This document shows positions 24,825-36,600 of a DNA stretch of 64,000 bases, piece by piece. Numbering within the stretch: position 1 is the stretch's first letter; the number at the start of each line of letters is the position of its first letter. The translations under genes were made by a program, and so were the position numbers. Origin of the DNA: Klebsormidium nitens (Eukaryota; Plantae; Klebsormidiophyceae); assembly GCA_000708835.1 (NCBI GenBank), contig DF236992.1, positions 204,513 to 268,512 of the forward strand. The letters run 5' to 3'. Below the pieces are notes generated by a model, which worked only from the letters and a program-made list of their open reading frames with translations, made no database searches and was not told the DNA's origin.

Positions 24825-26734
24825 CTAGTCCATGGCCCCCAGGCAGCAGCAACACGCAAGCGCCCCCAGGCTGCAAGATGTGATGCAGGCAAACAAATCA
24901 ATACAATGCCTATAGATCAGTTGCTGAAAGTCGTTGTTGAAAGTCCAACACGATGAGCAATCCCCGTCAACAAAAATCAGACTTGATGCTCACGGCAAAA
25001 CCAAGAAATGGCAAGCCTGTGCTTTGTTCACAATCGTCCTTCACAGAGAACAATCATGCCCAAGTTGAGAAGCAGTGCGGAATCCAGGAAGACATCAGCC
25101 ACGAGGCCCAACAAAAGGTTTATTTCTCAATCCACAAAGACCAAGAAATTTGTGACAATCACAGAGCAAACTCAGTCCCAAACGCAGAGCCCTCGCGAGG
25201 ATCAAGGATACTCGCTTACCATCCAAGCATCAGCGCGTCGCTGTTATTCTTCTGCGGCTTCTGGGGGGGGGGAGCGTAGCCTGGCTGTCCGTACTGCTGC
25301 GGCTGTCCATACCCTGGCTGACCATACTGGGGGGGATATCCTTGCTGTTGCTGGCCAGGATATCCTTGGGGGGGGTACCCTTGCTGACCTTGGTAGCCCT
25401 GGGGGGGATACCCCTGAGGATAACCTTGCTGACCCGGGTAGCCACCTAAAGCAAAAAGGACAAGGATGAAAAATGGCTCTCCAACAAAAAAGAGAAGGCA
25501 ACCCACACAAATCATCTTGAGTGATGCACCGGCAGCAGACCTGAACAAGGCATAGTGGGCGGAAAAAGGATGAAGAGAGCCAAGGTTACTGATTCTTTTG
25601 CATAGCAGCACGTCAGGAATGATCTGTTGACACAAAACAGAAAGATGCACGAATGATCCACTTCGCAACTTTATCACTTTGGGGCGGACTCGGTAAGAAA
25701 GGTGGCCACCCTTCTTAATAAGGTATGGCAATTGTTTTGTTCTTCACCTTCAAATTCAGCTTTTCTTTTAATGGATTGGTGTCTGTTAATAAGCACTACT
25801 GTGTAAGATGATCAAAAAACCGTTGCTTCGAGATCATTATGAATTATGACAACATTGTTTCTCTATGAGTGAGACCCCATGCTGGCACGGTTGATCCTCC
25901 AACTCATCAGGGCGAATCTCCACATCAACCAAACCCAATCAGTTCACGCTTCTCCTGATTAAATCACCAATCGGACGAGCACCATACACTCATGAACAAC
26001 GACCATAAAAACCAACGGCTGTTCACGACATCTGTGATTGGTTTCTGACCATATTTTTGGGCTTTAGGTTTTTGGGGCACTGACCTGGATAACCTTGCTG
26101 CTGTGGAGGGTAGCCAGGCTGTCCGTATGCTTGCCCTGGATACCCTTGTTGGAAGCCCCGGTCGTCCGGCTTCCCTTCAATGTTTGGGGGAGTGGTGGTT
26201 GTGGTCCCTGAGAACAGAGCAAGGGAAAACTCTGAGTCTTGCTTATTTCTATGATGAAATGGATAAACTGAAAGCGCTTGACATCAGCAGCTGTTGGAAG
26301 CGACAGTGCAGGGAACAATAAAAGCGCAGGCGCCTTGGTGAATACTACCAGCCCTGGTGTCACAGATGCAGCCAAGAGAGTTCCTGGGCCTAATCAACAT
26401 GATACTTCGAAAATGCAGTCAAGAGAAACTCTGATTGGCTGAAGCAGAAGACAGCAGCTCGTGCAGCATGTGCACGGATGTCTACAGGCAGTTCTGACGC
26501 TGAATGCTGAACAAAGAAGGCAATCAGGAGATACAAGTTGTTTAAAAAACAAAGCGGGCTGAAATAAACTCCGGAGCATAGCATCCAACCCCAGACAAAC
26601 AGCCTGCTATGAAGCAATTGCAACGTTATCATGAATTTGAAAAACTTGCCTCCCGGTTGGCTTCCAGCCAAGTACGGGGTCGCCACAACGACCTCTTCCT
26701 CCTTCCTCCCCGTCATTTCTGTTTCTGTCGGCAT
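24825..26734 (-). CDS. CYSTM (cysteine-rich transmembrane module) protein with Gly/Tyr/Pro/Gln-rich N-terminal region. Exons 26734-26650, 26207-26085, 25445-25220, 24870-24825
   Basis: [15 protein letters not shown] repeats and C-terminus [19 protein letters not shown]. The first intron needs a GC donor (GAG|GCAAGT). Confidence 0.85.
26268..26471 (-). repeat. Dispersed ~204-bp repeat, copy 1 (CYSTM intron 1)
   Basis: About 90% identical by eye to the reverse complement of 61407-61609. Confidence 0.9.
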
Positions 26735-27598
26735 GACAACAGGATGCAACTGCCTGATGCGAGGCGGGGATGCGCGTAACTAGATCTGCAGTGCAGATCG
26801 TTGATAGCAGGAAGAAGTGGTCAAAAACAACTCCTCAACACCACAATCTCCAGCCGCCCTGGGCGACTTTGCTTGATCCGCCTCTGCAGTAGGACCTAGC
26901 TGGGCCTGACCGCCGTCGCAAGTTGTCAAAGCAATGACTGGGAAGCAGCCAGCTCGATATCAGCGTGTTGGACGAGGTTCGTTCTTAACCACCTGGGTTG
27001 AATCATGACCCCTTAGAAGTCGGGACCCATAAGAAGTTCCGAATTACGGCCTGGTATGCTCTTGACTGCCCAAACCTTCTCTCTTGAGGTTCTCCCGTAT
27101 CGATTTGTATACCCACACTCCATGGGTCGCGGACCAAAGCCCACAACCATGCTTTGCTGAACTCGAAGCAGGGGAATGCGCATTCCATGAGACTTCTGAG
27201 ACAGTAGTACCAGGGGTAGTACCAGGGGTAGGTGGGAAGATAGCAGCCGGCACCTGCTAGAAAGTCCGTTCACATTGCTACCAGCACGAAGGTGGTACGT
27301 CTCTGGCAAGTGTGGGTTGAGGCACGTGCCGCCCGGGCAGCATTCGCAATGCTGCGAGCAGCATTAATCTGGAAGGAGTTACATCTTTGCCTGCGGGGCA
27401 GAGAAGGCAGCCATCGGCTTCTCTTGCAGCTTATTCTTCATTGAACGCTGGTTGTGGCAAACAAATGCTCTTCTAACCAGAGAGGTTTGACAGGCTAGCA
27501 GGACAATTATCATAGAACTCTAAACTTTGTGCACTTCTTCGAATCTGCTTTGAGTCCAGTCATGTGATGATCAGGCAACGGCTTCTCTTTGGTAGGAG

Positions 27599-30500
27599 AT
27601 GATTCGGGCAACTGTTTTGCACCCCCATGCGGCGGCCATTTGCAGCCCCCTCCGGTGGATTACTGGCGCACGCCCCTCTGAGACAAATTGGCAGTCCTTT
27701 CAGAAGGTGCGCCTCCTAGGGCGTCTCTCTGCTCGCTTCCGCTCCGCCTCCGCTGTCAACCAAAACATACAGAAAGCACCTCCTCAACATCGGGAAACTG
27801 CACCACCCTCGCAGTCCGCACACAGTGCAAGTAATGGATGTCTGCAGACGTCTCTAGAGGCCACTCTACAGGAGATACAAGCATCCCCCTCCTTTAAGGA
27901 TCCGGACATTGGGGCTCAGGTAAAAGACCCTGCCTCGGGTCCGATCATTCACCTCCCATCTGATCCCAGGCCTTGGGAGAATGAAAGGGAGTATTCCAAG
28001 TACCGGATGAGAGTAGCATACGATGGGACCAACTACTGGGGGTGGCAAATTCAGCTGCAGAGCGGCCTGCCGACGGTCCAGGGAAGAATTGAGGTGAGCG
28101 CTCCAACTCTCCCCTTCAGCGCTACATGGTTTTGGCAGCGCTTCTTTGTCATTTGCATGGTTTTGGCAGCGCTTCTTTTTCATTTGCACTCTTGTCCAAC
28201 TTCTTAGAGGGTTTTCAACCTGGGACTGACAAAACATTCATGCTGGTGAGATGGTCTAATGATCTGGTGGTGGTGTTGAATGTCCTGCTTGTTCTGCGAC
28301 TGGGGTGAAGAACTCCAGTGAACAATTTCTTTCTTCCAGATTGGATTGCATGGTGTCTTTTGTTATGTAAGGTGTTTTAAGTGTCAACAAGCATATGGTG
28401 GTGAAGCCATCCAGTGTTATTTTAGAGAGCTCGGATGCTTTTGAAGACACATAGACGTAGTCTTGAAAAGTCCTCACCACCCAGGACTGAATACTCCTGC
28501 TGAAAGGCTATTCTTCTGGAAGCTAGCTCCCTGAGAGTTTGCGAAACAATGTCCAAGTAGTCCGTTCCCGCTGTTCGCTGCAGGTTGTTGCCGTCTATGA
28601 TTCTGCCTGCCAATCTCATTGGAAAACTGGTTGTTCACTTGGACACTACTTCAGATTCGCAGCAAGTAAAGAAGGCCCGCCAGAAAAGGCCTCACTGCTG
28701 AAGAACCTGCTAATACTTCAAGGGAGAACTCTTGAGCAGCGCCAAGTTTGACAAGGCTTTGCCGAGTTGGAAAACAGGCTTCCAGCCCTTCTGAGAGGAC
28801 ATATACGGCATCATTGACTCGTCCAATGCAGGAGGCTCTAATGACCATCACCCGGGAGCCGCGTGGGGTGCTCCGAGTGTTGGCGGCCGGCCGCACCGAC
28901 GCAGGCGTGCACGCGCGGGGGCAGGTCGCGCACTTCTTCACGAGCTCTCCGCTCGAAGATCTGGAGTCTATCCACCTCAAACTGAACGGTGAGCAGCCAG
29001 ACCGACCCGCCAGTCTGAGGCCAGCCAAGCTGAGCTCCTGACTTGCCATCAAGTTGTTTTTGACGACTTTGGATCGTTGCGTGGTTTCAGGGAGTGTAGT
29101 TGCCTTATATCAGGGGACGAAACCTGCCAGGCTAATGATTGAGTCTGTACGGACACTGCTGAGAGGATTGTAGGTCGGAAAGACCGCAGATGGCGCGTGC
29201 TGTTTATGTTCATTGAGTGCTCAGTTGCCTCATACTTCGAGAAACGTCACTATAGTTGAAAACTGCCGCAACAGAGTAAAGGCTTTCCTGCGTGAGACCC
29301 ACGGCCCTTTGCTCTTGGGGATACGAAGTTTGATGGTGCTGCGGAGCTGGGGACAATTGGCGATCTACAGACGGGATTGCTACAAGAGTCAAAGTCGAAG
29401 ATGCTCTGAAATTGGCTGTCTTCGGCGCCCTTGGCTTCTCTTCCACGAAACGGCTCCGACTCGACTTCTATCCTGGGACGAGTACTCTGTGGAAAGGCTT
29501 GCTAAGAATGCTCGAGTCTCCCCAGTTATTTGTTGCCACGGACAAATCTCACTTCGATTCTTTCGACACTCCACTGGACCCTTTGTTCGTAGACTAATCG
29601 GACTGAGGTATCCGTGGACTAAAAACAGCTGCTGCATCAGGAGTACGGTTCAGGGCAAAGCAGTCTTCGAGTGTACTCGCACGCCGATCGAAGGCCAGTC
29701 AAACGAGCGTCTTCTTGCCCCCTGATTTCCGGATGGCGAACTTCCATAGGTACTGAGAGACAGTCCGGGGACAGTCCCGTCAGCTGTGCTGCTTACTTTT
29801 CCCTCCGAGCCCCCTTTTCTTACCTTCACTATTCCCGATGTTTCATCTTAGGTTCCGCGTCGACCGAAATGGCTGAGCGCTCATCTCTGGTCCTCCTTAC
29901 CAATGAGAACGCTTTAATTGGTCACGTGGTACGGAAAGTACAGACCTCGTACTGATGTTTGCTAGAGAAACAGTGTACACAGCTGTACGCGGACCGGAGA
30001 CGCGAAGCTGGTGAGCCCAACAGTTTTCGGTCGACGCTGAACCTTACAACCCGAGGTGTGCAGCACAGCTGACGAGACTGTTTCTCCCGCAGGCAAGAAC
30101 ATTGTCGAGTCCCCCTACTCGTCCACTAAGCTGAGGCCCAAAGGTCAGTCGCCGCCGGGCCTCTTGTTTGCCGTTGTGTCAGGAGTTTGCTCCTCATGTG
30201 GTCGAATTGCGGCGCAGTATTATTCTTTGCAGTCATATTGTCCGATAAGCAGCGAACCAGAAAGTGCTTTAAGCGCAAGCCACCAGATGGCCGATGGCAG
30301 CACATGCTTGCAGGAGACGCATATAAAGAGCTTGTGTTGTTTCGGCCACAACTGTTGGAGCCTGTCTTTGCTGCGCCCCCCACCGCGCCAAACTTTCCAT
30401 GCTCAGAAGGAGCCTTGTCTTCACAAGGCCTGATAATCTGTAGGCACTCTGAAGCACATTCCCCCTCTTTGTCGCAGGCGTTTTACCCGTCGACATCCGG

Positions 30501-32061
30501 ATCCTAGAGCTGGCGCCGGTCACGCATGACTTCCACGCTAGGTGAGAGCCAGTCCTAAGGTGGCGGGCGCTTGAATATCCAAGCGACGCGAAATGGATCT
30601 CGCTGGCGTTTGGTGAAGTTCAGACTATGTCGCAACGACAAGTGCCGAATTTGACAAACGCATCGTTTATCATATTTCTGCGGTGTTGCGGATTGAATGT
30701 GGCGGTGTACATCTGAGGTGGTGTTTGTAGAGGCTTTGTTTTCCGACGAGCTTTCTCTTTGGATGGACGCGCTATGTTTAAAGTTCGGCGGAAACTCTCG
30801 CAGCGGCGAAGCTTCAAAGCCGGAACCGTTCCTGCTTTGAATTCAGAAGGGATTCTGGGACTCTCGCTTTTCCGGCATCCCTCAACTTGAGCATACATAG
30901 TTGCCGAACTTTGTTCCTGTCAAGCCAGCATTTGCAAACTAAACATAAACCTAAGGACCAAAATGGTGATCATCTGGTCTTACGTCGTCTGAATGCAGGT
31001 TTAGTGCCATCAGCAAGATCTACCACTATTCAATCGCGACCAAGCCGGTGATTGATCCGCTCAGCCGCTTGTATTCAGCGCACGTGTTCTATGAGGTGAA
31101 GCCCTTGGACCTGTTTCGACTCGTTACGTTTGCGATGAAGGCTTCTGCTCCGCTCCTTATGTGGATCGAGGAAGTCAGCCTTCGTCCGGCTATACCGACC
31201 GTGTCAGGGTGTGAATCGGCCTGTCGGACTGCTTGACGCATCACCTGCGATGAGCTCTTGGGTGCGCGCACTGTGGGGAAGGAATGTGTAGGTCTCCGAA
31301 GTGGTTGTACGCAATTTTTTGTTCCTCGTTCCGCTTGTCACGTGTTTTTGTGGGAGCAGCCGACACGTCGACGTTTCCGCTCTTGGTTTCCCGAGCAGTG
31401 GCAAGGTGAAGGATGCTTCTCCGATTCTTTATAACATTGCTCCAGAGTGCTGATCACTTCGGAGCGAAAACTTCTCAAGTACGCTTCGTGTGGACGGAAG
31501 GGATTTGTTGCCTGCGAACGTTGTGGGATTTGCTAAAGATTGCGAAATATCGGTCTACGGATAGCGATAGGACGACATCTCACCGTGCTTTTTTGCGGAC
31601 TCCAGGTTGACATTGACCGGATCAAAGAGGGGGCGCTCCACTTCGTTGGGGAGCACGACTTTGCAGCTTTTGCCAACTTCTATCCAAAGCCGCGGCGGGA
31701 CGTGAATGCCGATACCGTCCGTACAATTACGCGGTTCGACGTTGTAGACACGGAAGAAGGTGTTCGACTAGAAATCGAGGGGACGGGGTTCTTGTATAGG
31801 CAGGTCCGCAATATGGTAGGACTTTTAGTCGAGATAGGCAGGGGTCAATACGAGCCGTCGATCGTACCCAAGATTATGGAGCTGAGGAACCGACGGCTCG
31901 TTCCTACGTCGGCGCCGGCGCACGGGCTCGTTATGCAGAGCGTCGCGTATCCTGAGGAGCTCTTGAAGCCGCCCCCAGGGGCCAGTGCAGCCAGCACCGG
32001 CCGCTTGGTGCGAAAACCATCCCAGAAGTCAAAACTGGAGGCTCAGCTCGCTGCAATCTAG
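27599..32061 (+). CDS. truA: tRNA pseudouridine synthase, TruA/Pus1 family, probably organelle-targeted. Exons 27599-28093, 28832-28988, 30478-30541, 30999-31095, 31606-32061
   Basis: Motifs VAYDGTNYWGWQ, AGRTDAGVHARGQVAHF (catalytic Asp), LPVDIRI, FHARFSA, GEHDFAAF, GTGFLYRQVRNMVG and SAPAHGL. Exons join in phase; long N-terminal extension. Confidence 0.93.
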
Positions 32062-32431
32062 GATAGCATCTCGGAACTTCGGAAGGGCTCGGGTTGCTAG
32101 CGGATAGGGTCTGCTAGCGCTGCTCGTGCGGACAATCAGAAAGGGAACCTACAAGCGACTAGTCGCGTGAAGATATGGTACACACTATTATAGATCAGTC
32201 CATTTCATATACCGGAACAAGACTGAGCATGTCATGGTGGGGACGCAAACATGCAGTCCAACCGAGCATCTGTCCACTTGTGCATATGTCCAGTCGCGAG
32301 CGCTCAATGAAATGCAGCTGATGATGGAAGTTGAATTTGTAGATGTTTGCTGCCGCCGGGCAGATTCTGGGCATGGCAGGCTGCAAAATCTATATATGAT
32401 TGTTTGGCTTGCTCGTGCACCGGATCTGATA

Positions 32432-32781
32432 GGTTGTTCACACTAGCACAAAATTTTTGCCGCCGGCGCCGGCGGCCACTGTACTCCGTCGAAAATCCAA
32501 AATTTCCGTCGACGGAGCATCACCGGCGTCGACGGAGAATTTTGGAACAACTTTCCTCCGGCGCCGGAGATGTCCGTCGCCGGATTGCTCCGTCGATATC
32601 GAAAGCCTGTGGAACCGCGCGGCCAGCTTATTATTTTGGCACGTGATCTCGATTCCGGCACCGGAGAGCCCCGTCAAAAGCGCAGTGCGAACAACCCTCG
32701 TTTTCCGTCGAAAATGGCCAACTCCGGCGCGACGGATTGATCCGACGCCGCCGGTAGAAAATAAATCAGGTGTGAACAACC
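32432..32781. mobile_element. Non-autonomous DNA transposon (MITE), 350 bp
   Basis: Perfect 12-bp TIRs GGTTGTTCACAC (32432-32443) and GTGTGAACAACC (32770-32781), flanked by TA on both sides. The CpG-rich interior repeats CCGTCGA and CCGGCG motifs and has no credible ORF. Confidence 0.85.
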
Positions 32782-33644
32782 TATGAGTCTGCATATTGAA
32801 TATGCAACTAGGGCGATCCTCATCATGAATTTATGGTTCCTCGACTCACTCTTCAATGCAGGAGCATACCGTCGTCTTCGTGCAAGCTTGACCTACATGT
32901 CATGTGTAAAAATTTGAATGTACTCGCATATTTTCTGGGCAAGTCACACCACATGCCATGATGGCCACCACCGTGGGCCGGCGGCAGATTGCATGACCAT
33001 TCCGAGGCAGCGACTTATGAAGCGACATACAGTATTAAGCAGAGAAGTGCGGCATGTCAGGCGAAGATATGCCCTTACCGATTGTTAAGTTGAGGCAAAC
33101 AAGATTGATGATTAGTTCAAAGAGGAGGTCCTCTAATAACCTCCCTGAGCAGCTCGCCGCTTGGACTCAATTGCAAGGCAATCGTAGCAAATGCTAAGCA
33201 ACAATACACTGACCGTCATGCAACATTAACATCTGCTCACGACTACGCCTAGCGTTGATATCCTTGACAATAAAAGCAGGACTAGCCTAGATTACGTTAC
33301 AAGGGCCCGTTATTCGGGCTTTCTAAGCTCTCCGATGGGTTGCTGCAAAATGCTCCTGATTCATTACTATATGCAACACGTGTTCTACGCGTAAAACACG
33401 ATTTCATGCAAAAGGAATGCTAGATCAAACAAAGCTCCTGCGCTGCTTGTGTTCAATCTCATGCTAATGTACTAGGCATGCCATAGTACTTCTAAATGCA
33501 GAAAGAAAGCGCGGGCCCCGCATATCTGAAAAGCGCGACTCGTAATACTCAAAGTAAGGCAACATAAGTTGGACGCTCAATAAGCAAATTCACTTCTGCA
33601 ATCCAGGCTTTGATAAGCCGCCGTCATGATCGTCTGTCGGTTCT

Positions 33645-36600
33645 CTAGGAGACTGCCCGTTTGCCTTTGTCGGATTGAAACGCAGTCACGACGTCCATGA
33701 ACCGACTGTTGCCGAGCGAGCGGGCCTCGTCCAGCGGAGTGCTCCCGCGGTCGTCCTTGCAGTCGAGCCGCGCGCCGTGCTCCAGCAGGAGCTCAGCAGC
33801 GGGGGTGTTGCCGCCGATGGCGGCCACGTGGAGGGGAGTGCGGCTGCAGATTGGTTATGAGAGGAAGAATCAGCAGCGGACGCCAGCATTCCAAGCAAGG
33901 CAGTACGTTGCACAGATTCTTGGTGAACAAGGGGTACAAGGTCGGGCTGTCCAAGATGAGGATGACACCAAGGTCCCCCCTGCTTGTCCCGCATCACCTA
34001 ACTTCTCAATGATGCCTGAAGTTCAGCCCAGATCCACCCCGCAAAGCCACAGGGGCTGTTGGGATCTTGACTTGAGAGGCAAAGGAGACGCCTTGGGTCC
34101 TCGACTTCTTGCCTATACCTCTGCAGACATTGTCGTCGCCCGGGCGTCTGACTTACCCGACGTAGTTGGTCGCGTTGGGGTCCGCCCCGCAGTCGAGGAG
34201 CAGCTTCAGGAGGTCCAAGTTGCCGGTCAGCACGGCGTCGCACAGCACGCTCCCCGGCTCGCGCAGCTCCAGCGCCGCGCCCTCGGCCAGCAGGACCTCC
34301 ACCGTGCCGCGGTGGCCGCCGCGGACGGCCTCCAGCAGCGGGGTGCTGCCGGCGTCGTCTGGACGAACCAATGCGAAGTCGACACGTCAGCGCTTATGGT
34401 TAGAGAGCACTCAATGTGTGATTCGTATCCGCGCACCCGGCAACGAACGGCAGTGCTGATCGAGGTGTAGGAAGGAGATACGAAGAGCTCAGAGGAAGCA
34501 AAGGTAGTCATGTCACAGGGCTTTTTGTGCTCGAACCGAGAGCAGATGTCGCTTCGACGCTTTCGTACCAGCACCAGAGCTGCACATCCTCAGTCCCGGC
34601 CTGTCGAGAAAATATCTAAGCAAACGTTCAAGACGATGAAGAGAAAAGTAGAGCTACCTTGCGCATTGACGTCGGCGCCCTGCCCGAGCAGGAACTCGAC
34701 GCAGGCCGCGTAGCCCCGGGCGGCCGCGAGGTGCAGCGGGGTGCGCCCGTCGTGGTCCGTCACTTTGGCGAGCTCCGGGTCGCAGAGCAGCTCCTGCAGG
34801 CGCGGCAGGTTGCCCGCGGACGCGGCGCGGCACACGACCGCGGACTGTCCGGCGTCTTGCTGCCAGATGACGTCAGACAGGTCGTGCGCCATCTCCTGGA
34901 GCTCGCGCTGCGACGCGCCGTCGCGCTCCTTGACGCGCTGCGAGAGCAGGAGAAGGGGAGGCGTCAGTCTTGAAGTCGTTCGAGGCGAGATGCCTAGCGT
35001 CAGTGACCAGATCGTTCTTGAGCGCGCAAATGAGCGGCCGGAAACTGGGGAGCGGTGATTGGGAATGGCGCGGATTGCGGTTCTGTTTGAACGCTTTGAA
35101 CGAAGGAGTCGGTAGAAGAAGCAGGCGGTGGATCATCGAAAAAAAACGTACGACCAGGGTAAAAGTGTAAGGAAAGCAACTCTGTAGGCTCTTTCAGGCG
35201 CACCTTCTTGCTCTGGTCAGACAGTCGGCAATCAAAAAATCTCGAAGTTGGACGAGAAGCGTCAGAAACGAAAGCCTCTTCCCGAACGTGTCTGTCAATC
35301 TTACTCGTCCGGACCGTTGAGGCTCCGAAAATCTCTCCCGAGCAGCTGCAGATGGGACCGCGCGCGCTCACCCGCTTGAGGTTGTCGAGCATCTGGCGGC
35401 TGTCCTTGGGGTACGCCTGCAGGATGCGCGCGAGCACGTTCTTGTCCAGCTTGAGCAGCTCGCACACGTCGCGCGTGCGCACGGTGAACAGCTGCGGCAC
35501 GTTGCACAGGACCGCCACCTTGCTAAACACCGCGCCGGGGCCCATCTCCACCAGATCCTGCACGGCAAGGCATCGCGTATTGTGCTAAGCATAGCTTACA
35601 AAGATGGCATAGCAGATTGCGAAGGTATGTGTCTTGACGCGATCTGTCACGAAGATTAGCAGAGACAGTACGCTAGAGTGGTCATCAAGTCGTATGCGAC
35701 AAAAGAAATGGGGAGAGGACGTCAGGAATAGAATAAAAGAGATTGCTTCTCGCAAGATCAGAGTAGCTCCGAAGGGGCCCAGAGCAACAGATGAGCATTC
35801 AATTCCGGCGTACTTCAAGTCACTTCCGGTCCTGGATTGCGCAGCTTTGTCAAAGTTGAGGTTCGTTCCTCACGGTAGAGTTGCTGGAGCCGTCGTCTCT
35901 GACAGGGTTCTCCCTGACCACGGTGCCGCTGGCGACGATGAAGAGGCTCTGGGGAACGTCGCCCTCCGTCACAACCACGCTGTTAGGCACGTACAGCTCC
36001 AGCTTCATTTCTCCTACCTGGAAAGCAGAAGCAAATGTGCTTTCAGAGATACTCTTGGAGATTACGTCCCTCTCTGAAGCGCGACCCCGGCCGCTTTTCG
36101 CGAGGTTGCTTCACCAGATTTGACACCGAGCATGAGCAAGCCGAAGGTGCTGGAATTTATGAGATGACGACTCATCTTTAGAAAGTTGAAGCAAGCAGTG
36201 AAATACGATTGACCGCCGAACAGGAGCTCTCATACTCTCTTCCAGATGCACGTGGAATTCACCAGCCACCCATCTTTCAGATGGCGACTTTAAGACGATC
36301 AAGCAATATTTTATACATGACTTCCTTGCACGCAATAACCTTTTCCGCGTTATCGATCAGAAGCACATGGGGAGTCTCCTCACGATCTGGTCGAGGAAGG
36401 CCGGGGAGCAGTCCTTGAAGATGTAGGTGCCCTCGACGAGCGCGCGGTACTGGTGGCGCAGCACCTGCGCGCGCAGGTGGTGGGGGAAATCCTCCAGGAG
36501 GTCGGGCCGCTCCTTGTCGACGCGCATCTCGAGGGCCACGTGTCCCCCCAGCTCGTGCTGCAGGTGCTTGGGGAGGCCAGCGCGGTGGGAGAAGGAAGTA

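Noticed and set aside
29213-29725. 170-aa ORF in TruA intron 2, and a possible decayed copy of TruA exon 2 near 29440-29580
   Set aside because: The ORF has no recognisable domain or exon-like codon bias, and the similarity (~60% over short stretches) is too weak to call by eye.
33697-34470. 257-aa plus-strand ORF
   Set aside because: Antisense to the ankyrin exons of the K+ channel.
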